Positions 57,123 through 64,000 of a stretch of DNA of 64,000 nt are shown here, one piece after another (position 1 is the stretch's first letter; each line of letters opens with the position of its first letter). The DNA lies in the IMG/VR virus record IMGVR_UViG_3300037067_018977; one strand, given 5' to 3'. Source of the stretch: an uncultured virus (IMG/VR IMGVR_UViG_3300037067_018977). Taxonomy: Duplodnaviria > Heunggongvirae > Uroviricota > Caudoviricetes. Under the pieces are notes generated by a model. It was given only the letters and a program-made list of their open reading frames with translations, did no database searches and was not told the DNA's origin. Made by a program: the position numbers and the translations under genes.

Positions 57123-57352
57123 ATCAGTTTGGAATCGGCCGCGCGATCGAGCACCTGCGCGAGGGCAACCGGGTGCAGCGGGCCGGCTGGAACGGCAAGG
57201 GCATGTGGATCGGGCTGCAGAGCCCGGACGCAAACAGCCAGATGACCGAGCCGCACGTCTACATGAAGACGGCGCAGGGAGGACTCATCCCCTGGCTTTG
57301 CTCGCAGGCCGATCTGCTCGCCACGGACTGGCAGGTGTTCGAAGAGAGATGA
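57119..57352 (+). CDS. DUF2829 / Tad2-like anti-Thoeris sponge protein
   Basis: AIEHLREGNRVQRAGWNGKGMW...PWLCSQADLLATDW. Confidence 0.88.
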   Translation: MNQFGIGRAIEHLREGNRVQRAGWNGKGMWIGLQSPDANSQMTEPHVYMKTAQGGLIPWLCSQADLLATDWQVFEER

Positions 57353-57999
57353 GCACGCCCGGCGTGGAGGCGGACTTTCGGCGCTGGCTGGTGAGCAAGC
57401 TGTTGCTCACGCGCTGGCCGTTCCGCCAGGGAGAGAAGCTCGAAGAGCTGGCTGAGCGGCTCTGGGTGCATCCAGATGCGCTGCGGCGCGCGCAGGCGCA
57501 GCTGGACGCGCGTCAGCGCAAGGCTGGGCGCCCGACCAAGCGCTTGCTTCACGATCCGAGGCCGGTGCGCGAGAGATTGCGCGTGCGCATCGACTGTTCG
57601 GTGCCGCCCGTGGCGCATCGAGCGATCCACGGATTTTGCAAGCTGCGCGCGATCACTCCGGCGACGCTGATTCGAAGCTTGCTTCACGCCATGCTGCTCG
57701 AAGCCCGTAACCCAGAACTCACCGAGTTCTGGTGGTACGAGGGGCAGCGCTTGAGCATGCGGCGTCCCGAGCGCGGCCGGCGCTCCGAGGCGCTGCAGAC
57801 CTTGAAGAGCGAGATCACGGCCGGCGCGCATCGAGCGCTGACGGCGCGCGCGCTGGAGGCTGGGGTCAAGCCGACGACGTTGCTCCGCGGGTTACTCCAG
57901 GAAGCACTGCACAATCAGCGGCTGCGCTTCGAGATTTTGACACGAGTGAGCCAAATGTGGGACGACGAGACGCGGTACATCTGTCAGGTCGGGAAGTGA
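57349..57999 (+). CDS. putative DNA-binding protein with two RHH-like segments
   Basis: AHRAI...ITPATLIRSLL and AHRAL...VKPTTLLRGLL. Confidence 0.6.
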   Translation: MSTPGVEADFRRWLVSKLLLTRWPFRQGEKLEELAERLWVHPDALRRAQAQLDARQRKAGRPTKRLLHDPRPVRERLRVRIDCSVPPVAHRAIHGFCKLRAITPATLIRSLLHAMLLEARNPELTEFWWYEGQRLSMRRPERGRRSEALQTLKSEITAGAHRALTARALEAGVKPTTLLRGLLQEALHNQRLRFEILTRVSQMWDDETRYICQVGK

Positions 58000-58218
58000 G
58001 TGCGTCGAGGAGCATGAGCGATGGATGAGGAAGAGTTTGCGATCGAGGTGGCGGACGCCATCGAGCAGTGCCTGGACGTCGAGAGCGTGGAGTGTCCCGA
58101 GGACACCCACGTGATCTTGGTGACCACGGCGGATGGGGAGCGGTTCCGCGTTTCGGTCGAGCATGCCAAGGCGCGCCTTCGAAACCGCGAAGACGACGAC
58201 GACAAGGACGAGTGAGCG

Positions 58219-58665
58219 ATGGCCTACGAATTGCGAAGGGTTCCACCCGGGTGGAGCCATCCGAAGGATGCGCTCGGTCGCTACGTCCCGCTCTACGGTG
58301 AGCCGTTCGACCGCGCGCTTCGGCGCTGGGAACAGGCTCCGGTCACGTCCCGCCCCGTGAAGTGCGACCTCGAAGCTCCGGTGCGAGGCACCTTCGTGCC
58401 GTTCGGGGAAGCGGAGGCCACGCACTACCAGGTGTACGAAGACACGACCGAGGGCACGCCGCTGAGCCCGATCTTCGCGACGAAGGATGGGGTGATCGCG
58501 TGGCTGCTCATTCAAGCCATCGCCGCGGAAGACGCCCGCGCCTTCGTCGAGCTGGGCCATGTGCCGGCGGAGGTAACGTTGAGCGACGGCACCGTGCTGT
58601 GCGGGTTTGCGACGGCAGCGCTGATCCTGAACAAGCAGGCGCAGTGGAAAGCGAGTCGAGCGTGA
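58219..58665 (+). CDS. hypothetical phage protein
   Basis: RRVPPGWSHP, YEDTTEGTPLSPIFAT. Confidence 0.7.
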   Translation: MAYELRRVPPGWSHPKDALGRYVPLYGEPFDRALRRWEQAPVTSRPVKCDLEAPVRGTFVPFGEAEATHYQVYEDTTEGTPLSPIFATKDGVIAWLLIQAIAAEDARAFVELGHVPAEVTLSDGTVLCGFATAALILNKQAQWKASRA

Positions 58666-59507
58666 TCGACATCCTCCGTTCGCTGGCGCAGGAGAGTAGG
58701 CCACAAGTCGAGGCGTACTGCGAAGCGCGGGCGCGCTCGGTGCCGTTCGGGGAGAACCGGATGGTGTGTCGGGTGCTCGGTACGTACTTCATGATGGTGG
58801 ACACCCGAGATCTGAGCCTGAGCCCGCACCTGGCGATGAGCGGCTACTGGGAGTTCTGGATCTCCCAGGCGATTGCGCGGCGCGTGCAGCCGGGCATGCG
58901 CTGCATCGACGTGGGAGCGAACTTTGGCTACTTCACGGTGCTGCTCGCGGCGCTGGTGAAGGAGACCGGGATGGTGCAGGCCTGGGAGCCCCAGCGCAAG
59001 GTGCGGGAGTGCCTGGAGATCACACTGGCCCTGAACGGCTTTCAGGAGCGGGTGGAGGTGGTGTCCGCCGCGGCTAGCTCCGCCGCGGGAGCTGCGGTGC
59101 TCTGGACGCCCAGCCACTTCTGGGGCTCGACGCGCGTGGTGCAGGACGAAGACAGCAAGACCGAAGGCGAGCGGTGCGATCTCTGGACCATCGACGCCTG
59201 GGCTGCGAGCTGGCCCCGGGTGGACTTCGTGAAGATCGATGCGGAGGGTCACGAGCCCGAGGTCTGGGCGGGCATGCGTGCCTTGCGGGAGCGGAGCCCG
59301 GGCATGCAGGCCCTGATCGAGTTCACGCCGAGCTGCTACGCGGACCCCGCGGCCTTCCTGAGCCAGCTTCGCCAGGACGGGTTCCGGATCAGCAGCGTGC
59401 AGACCGACGGGGATCTCCGGCCGGTGGAAGACGCTGAAATCCTGGCCTGCGAGCGCTTCGAGATGCTGTGGCTCGATTCTTTGACGCCGCCCCCGGCCCC
59501 GGCATAG
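58662..59507 (+). CDS. FkbM-family SAM-dependent methyltransferase
   Basis: IDVGANFGYFT, AWEP, VDFVKIDAEGHE. Confidence 0.92.
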   Translation: MIDILRSLAQESRPQVEAYCEARARSVPFGENRMVCRVLGTYFMMVDTRDLSLSPHLAMSGYWEFWISQAIARRVQPGMRCIDVGANFGYFTVLLAALVKETGMVQAWEPQRKVRECLEITLALNGFQERVEVVSAAASSAAGAAVLWTPSHFWGSTRVVQDEDSKTEGERCDLWTIDAWAASWPRVDFVKIDAEGHEPEVWAGMRALRERSPGMQALIEFTPSCYADPAAFLSQLRQDGFRISSVQTDGDLRPVEDAEILACERFEMLWLDSLTPPPAPA

Positions 59508-59510
59508 CAT
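59481..59510 (+). promoter_or_regulatory. promoter TTGACG-N18-TAGCAT, probably leaderless
   Basis: ATG at 59518 is 7 nt below -10; no SD. Confidence 0.6.
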
Positions 59511-59517
59511 CCTGGGC

Positions 59518-59937
59518 ATGGCAATCGTTGCTGGGTCCATCGTCGCTCTTCGGAACATCGGTCCGCAGTACGCTTCCGGCGTGCAGGCCCAGCCGCCAGG
59601 ATTTGGGGTAGTGCAGACGCTGGGCACTCCGCCCGCGATCGACGTCATCTGGCCGGACGGTCATGTCGAGGCAGACATGGATCTCGGTCAGCTCGACGAG
59701 ATCTTGTCCGCGGATGCGGCGTCGGTCACCGGGTTCCAGGGTCGCTTCGTGCGCCACACGCGCGCACCCTCCCCGAACTCGGACAGTCCCGGCTTCGATG
59801 GCTACGTGGTCCAGCTCTACAAGCGCCAGATCGGCGGCACCGGCGCGGCGACCAGCGACCTCGCGCTGATCCGCACGCAGACCGGCTTCTGGATCGAGGT
59901 CCCCGTCGGCGAGCTGGAAGTCGTTCCGGGCAACTGA
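59518..59937 (+). CDS. hypothetical beta-rich protein
   Basis: Clean ORF below promoter. Confidence 0.7.
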   Translation: MAIVAGSIVALRNIGPQYASGVQAQPPGFGVVQTLGTPPAIDVIWPDGHVEADMDLGQLDEILSADAASVTGFQGRFVRHTRAPSPNSDSPGFDGYVVQLYKRQIGGTGAATSDLALIRTQTGFWIEVPVGELEVVPGN

Positions 59938-60206
59938 TGGCGGCGGGAGCGACTCCCCTCGAACTCGCCACGCTCCGCTCCTACGCCCTGGCGGTGCGCC
60001 AAGCTGCGCGCCACGCGGACCGCGCGCACGCCGAGAAGACGCTCATCCGGGCGCAGCATTTGATGCAGCTCCTGCGCAAGGACCGGCCCAGCCACTGGCG
60101 GCCGCTCCGGATGGCCACCGCGGCCTCCGCGCTCGCGCTGGATGAGCCCGACAAGGCGCTTCGGGCCGTCGACCGGCTGCTTTCTGAGCTGCCCCACCCT
60201 GCGTAA
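59937..60206 (+). CDS. hypothetical protein
   Basis: TGATG coupling. Confidence 0.55.
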   Translation: MAAGATPLELATLRSYALAVRQAARHADRAHAEKTLIRAQHLMQLLRKDRPSHWRPLRMATAASALALDEPDKALRAVDRLLSELPHPA

Positions 60207-60299
60207 CACCCGGCTGCGTCACGGGTGACACGGTTACGCCCCGAGTGACACCCCTCGCCCGTGCACCCCTGAACATCCCCACCCAGGGGTTTCGAGGAC

Positions 60300-60336
60300 T
60301 TGACGCGCCCCGGCAGCAGTGGCAGCATTGCTGTCA
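60300..60336 (+). promoter_or_regulatory. promoter TTGACG-N17-CAGCAT with palindromic operator over the -10
   Basis: TGGCAGCATTGCTGTCA at 60320-60336. Confidence 0.6.
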
Positions 60337-61498
60337 GACTGGCACGCAGGGTGCATTGTGGAGAAGCATGGCAACCGTGAGCTTTGGTAGGTTCAGTGGG
60401 AGCGGCGAATTCGCGAGCGCCCCCGTTTTCAAGGACGGCGTCCAGGTTGGTACCATTCATCGCATCAAGAGCGATGAATTCGTGACCGAGAGTAGTCGCG
60501 CCCGAAAGTGGGTCGTCTCGGAGTACGAGGTCGCGCTTGAAGTGGACGAGGACACCAAGGTGGTTCATGGTGACGCGCGCCATCTGCGCAACCGGTGCGT
60601 TGAAGCAAGCGGCAGATTACTGCCGAGAGAGGCTGGCGTGAGCATGAACAAGCAACCCTTCTACCACCAGGTCTCCGTGCTGTTCACGGGCACGGAAGAC
60701 CTGTCCGAGAAGATTAACTCGCGGGAGTTCCAGGAAAAGCTGGCGAACTTCCTGAAGCGCAACCTGGGCCCCGTGCTCAAGGACTCGGTGGAGCTGGATG
60801 GCCCCGCCACCGCCGAGCCCGGTGACCCGTCCGATCTGATGTGAGCAAGAACATGACCTGGCATACCGAAGACTGTGGTGACAGCTTCCGCTGTAACGGC
60901 AAGTGTCACGAAGTGCACCTCGACTGCAGCAACTGCGGAAGCTGTTGGGACGGTGAGGATACCGAGGAGCCTCCGGACGTCTGCGAGGAGTGCGGAGAGC
61001 CCTGGAGCGATGGCGACGAAAGCGAAAACAACTACCGGGAGGACTTCCATGCCGACGGGTGACAAGAACCAGGTGGTGACGAACCTGAAACAAGAGATCC
61101 TGGAGGCGATGTGGTCTGGCGACGTCGAGAAGTGTGACCAGCTGGCGCCGTGTGTCTGCTGCTGCGACGAGCACACCTTCGAGAGCTGCCCAGCGCGTCT
61201 TTGGTACGGATGCAGGGGCCAGGGCGCGATGACATCGGCGGAAGAGAAGTCGTGGCTGGAGCACTACCGCAAGAACCACGGCATGACCGAAGCGCAATTC
61301 TACGGAGTGGAGGCGTGAAGTGGCTCAGACGGAGCGTGTGATCGAAGGCTGCAACGGTACCGGCGTTTGCGCGCGCTGCCAGGGGCACGGCGCGCACCAG
61401 CGGGAGACGTTCGAGGACGCGGAGTGTGAGGTCTGCGACGGCACGGGGGACTGCCCGTGCGTCCACAACATGCGCGCTCACGCGCCGCCGGTGGCGTG

Positions 61499-61846
61499 AT
61501 GGCCCACGATCGCTTTGTCTACTGGCGGAAAGAGCGCCCTACGCGGGAGCAGCTCCAGATGGTGCTGGAAGACTACGTGCTCCGGCTCGGAGTCGTGGAG
61601 TGGGAAACCGACCGGTTTTTCGTGACGCTTCCCGGGAAGTGCCGTCACCCGCTGACACGGGTCACCGAAGCCCGCGCCGTGGAGGCCATGAACGAGGGCC
61701 CCCGGGAGCGCTGGTTCGAGGTGTACGTGGGCGAGGATCACATCGACGTGATCACGCGCCTCATGGACCAGGTGACCGAGGACATCGCCCGAGGCTTCGC
61801 GGTGGTGGTGGCGCGATTCTGGGACGGCAAGCTGGAGGGTATCTGA
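61499..61846 (+). CDS. hypothetical protein
   Basis: MAHDRFVYW ORF, TGATG coupling. Confidence 0.6.
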   Translation: MAHDRFVYWRKERPTREQLQMVLEDYVLRLGVVEWETDRFFVTLPGKCRHPLTRVTEARAVEAMNEGPRERWFEVYVGEDHIDVITRLMDQVTEDIARGFAVVVARFWDGKLEGI

Positions 61847-62052
61847 ATGTACGCGACCCGAGCCCTGGTGGTGGCCCCGTTGGAGATCTTGCGGGAGGTG
61901 GACACTCATCCCGAGTGCGGCTCGGTCGTGCTCGAAGTGGTGACCCCGCACAGCCGGCGCACCTGGCGGGCGGTGAGGCGCACCGAGCTGGCGCACCACG
62001 TGGACACGTGGTTGAAGGACAACGGCCTGAACATTCTCAGCGAGGTGACATC

Positions 62053-62445
62053 GTGAGCAAGACAGACGCGGAAAACCAGAGCATTGCGGAAGTCATGGCC
62101 GGCATCGCAGACACCGTGGGTCTCACCTACGCGCGGGCGGAGCGCGATGAAGCAACGCCGGTGGAGGAATTGGCAACGTACAAGGAGATCGTCGTGGTTC
62201 TGCACTTCGCGGAGTCTGGCTTCGGCTTCGGGGAGGTGACGATCGTGCAGACGCCCGCGGGTCTGTTCATGGATGGGGAGTACATGGACGACGATCGGAT
62301 CAAGAAGTACCTGTGCAAGCTCGTGGACAACTCTGTGCGAGAATACGACAAGGACCCGGAGCGCCACGCGCTCTACAATCGCGAGATGGGGCGATCGTGC
62401 GGCGAAGGCTGCAAGGTCTGTTACCCGGCAGGAGGTGGCCAATGA
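62053..62445 (+). CDS. hypothetical protein
   Basis: GAGG SD, GTGA coupling. Confidence 0.6.
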   Translation: MSKTDAENQSIAEVMAGIADTVGLTYARAERDEATPVEELATYKEIVVVLHFAESGFGFGEVTIVQTPAGLFMDGEYMDDDRIKKYLCKLVDNSVREYDKDPERHALYNREMGRSCGEGCKVCYPAGGGQ

Positions 62446-63182
62446 CACGGTGGACACGGTGGCAGTCAGCGTTCTACTGGTTCCTGGTGCTGGTTCTGAC
62501 CGGTTGCAGCAGCGAATCGATCAACACCGCGGTGGGCGTTGGTGGCCAAGCGGGGGCTGCAGGGAGTAGCACCGGCGGCATCGCGGGCGCTGGTGGAGCG
62601 CTCACGGGCGGCGCTGGTGGAGCGCTCGGCGGGAGCGCCGGCTCGGATGCCGCGGCGGATGGTGGAGGGTCGGGCGGAACGGGCGGCACAGTGACGCCGG
62701 CCTGCGCGCCGAGCGAAGCGATCACCAAGGCGGCGCTCAGCCAGGTGAGCTGGATCTGGCAGAGCTACAGCGACCAGAAGCTCGGCACCAACCAGTGCAT
62801 CGCCTGCAAGGGCACGCCCTGTGCGACGGGCTGCACGCTGCAGCCGGTGCTGATCTCGTGGGACAAGCCGGCGGCGGGCTGGGTGGCTGCTCAGGGAGAC
62901 GCGAGCTGTGCGGACGCGCTGATCCGAGTGGGGAGCTGCGGCAGCGAGATCGAGTGCCAGCTGGGCGTGAAATCCGGAACGGCGAGCTTCGCGGCGCTGC
63001 CCGAGCCGACGGCCACGGGCTGGAAGCTCACCGGGGTGAAGATGTACGGCGCGGGCTACGTGAACTCGGCGACGTTCAGTGGCGCGTGCGGCTCGGGGTG
63101 GATCGACGTCAATGCGCTCGGTGCCGCCGTGGGGGTCGCGCTTCCTACCGCTTTCGAAGGAGCCGAGTTCCCATGTCCGTAA
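62442..63182 (+). CDS. Gly-rich, Cys-containing lipoprotein
   Basis: LVLTGC lipobox then GGAGG linker, a style common in myxobacterial lipoproteins. Confidence 0.75.
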   Translation: MTRWTRWQSAFYWFLVLVLTGCSSESINTAVGVGGQAGAAGSSTGGIAGAGGALTGGAGGALGGSAGSDAAADGGGSGGTGGTVTPACAPSEAITKAALSQVSWIWQSYSDQKLGTNQCIACKGTPCATGCTLQPVLISWDKPAAGWVAAQGDASCADALIRVGSCGSEIECQLGVKSGTASFAALPEPTATGWKLTGVKMYGAGYVNSATFSGACGSGWIDVNALGAAVGVALPTAFEGAEFPCP

Positions 63183-63220
63183 ACTTGCAGCCGGCGACGG
63201 GAAGCGGGTACAACCGAGGC

Positions 63221-64000
63221 ATGGCTCAACCGAGCTGGGAAGATCTCGAATCCACCATCGTGGCGACCATCACCGAAGAGGATGGGGTAGACACCGACGT
63301 AGAACTGCACCCCGGCGCGCTGCTCGTCGGGTGGCAGCACTACGGGGAGACGCAGCTCGCGCTTCCGGGGATCCAGCCGGGCCGGCGCTTCAGCACGATC
63401 GCGGTGGTGAGCGACGACGATCCTCCCGAGAAGGTCGACCCGGAGCTGGGCATCGACGCGGCGATCGACTACGCGACCCAGCACTACCCGAGCCTGCAGG
63501 GACAGCCCGTGCTCGCGTACGTGGCGAGCGACGAATCAGGTATCCGGAGCGCGCTCGAAGCCGCGGCGCAGGACATGGCCAACCAGAGCTTCGTGGAGGG
63601 GCTGAGCACGCCGGGCGACGAGCTGATCGACGCACTGACCGAGGAAGGCTACGACCCGGAGAGCGTGGTGGTGATCGCGAGCAGCGGAGCGGCCGTCGCC
63701 GTGAACGGTGATCTCCACGTGGACTCGCACTGGGAGCAGAAGCTGGGCCTGGTCGACAAGTTCAAGCCGTACCCAGAACTTTGGACCGACGATTACTATC
63801 GACGGGATCATTTTCCGAGGACAGCACTGGCCTATTTGCAGGAGTGGCTGGTGAACGAAGGCTTCACGCGCCGGACCGATCTCGGAGGCGAGTGGCCGGG
63901 CGGAGCGGAGCAGGAGATCGACAAGGACTTCCTGGTCGAACACGCCGCGAGCGCGAGCCGCATTCCCGAGGCCGAGGTGCGGGAGCTGGCGGACGCTTGG
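63221..64000 (+). CDS. acidic hypothetical protein, truncated by window end
   Basis: Open frame MAQPSWEDLE...; promoter TTGCAG-N18-TACAAC upstream. Confidence 0.7.
   Translation, partial: MAQPSWEDLESTIVATITEEDGVDTDVELHPGALLVGWQHYGETQLALPGIQPGRRFSTIAVVSDDDPPEKVDPELGIDAAIDYATQHYPSLQGQPVLAYVASDESGIRSALEAAAQDMANQSFVEGLSTPGDELIDALTEEGYDPESVVVIASSGAAVAVNGDLHVDSHWEQKLGLVDKFKPYPELWTDDYYRRDHFPRTALAYLQEWLVNEGFTRRTDLGGEWPGGAEQEIDKDFLVEHAASASRIPEAEVRELADAW

Larger units (their letters stand above)
1..64000. mobile_element. Bacteriophage (or prophage) genome segment, probably a tailless membrane-containing virus
   Basis: Dense co-directional small ORFs with ATGA overlaps; phage-type replication module; typical phage accessory genes; block of small membrane proteins plus jelly-roll-like proteins; no core cellular housekeeping context, terminase, portal or tail genes recognised. 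Confidence 0.85.

Noticed and set aside
1..64000. tRNA, rRNA, terminase, portal, tail, integrase and packaging ATPase genes; group I introns outside the capsid-like gene
   Set aside because: None recognised by eye; absence is not proven without tRNAscan-SE, HMM and Infernal searches

Overview
The whole window looks like part of a large, GC-rich bacteriophage genome. Genes are densely packed, mostly on the + strand, and I see no core cellular housekeeping context. The Gly-rich/Cys-rich lipoproteins and the RHH type hint at a myxobacterial host (inference). Layout: small early genes; a replication module (RHH, initiator with internal iteron origin, DnaC-like loader, DnaB with a LAGLIDADG intein); an expanded family of 'ALxALAG..WW' proteins; a papain-like protease with lipoproteins; a long putative virion module (~19.4-41.2 kb); then accessory genes (two GT4 glycosyltransferases, FkbM methyltransferase, DEDDh exonuclease, MazG, HD nucleotidase, dTMP kinase, SLOG, Tad2/DUF2829). 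The virion module has a transglutaminase-like protease, many small C-terminally anchored membrane proteins sharing a G/A-L/M/F-G motif, a protamine-like Arg/Lys repeat protein and jelly-roll-like proteins. No terminase, portal or tail genes are recognisable, which suggests a tailless membrane-containing virus. Main discovery, invisible in the ORF track: the gene at 31552-33873, probably the major capsid protein, is split into 7 exons by six compact (245-282 nt) group I introns without homing endonucleases. Removing them at the predicted U and omega-G boundaries gives a clean 250-aa ORF. Two small ORFs elsewhere carry diverged, intron-free pieces of that protein. The window also has a recurring promoter motif pointing to widespread leaderless mRNAs and a palindromic operator TGACAGCA-N-TGCTGTCA. 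All calls are by eye; no database searches were run.
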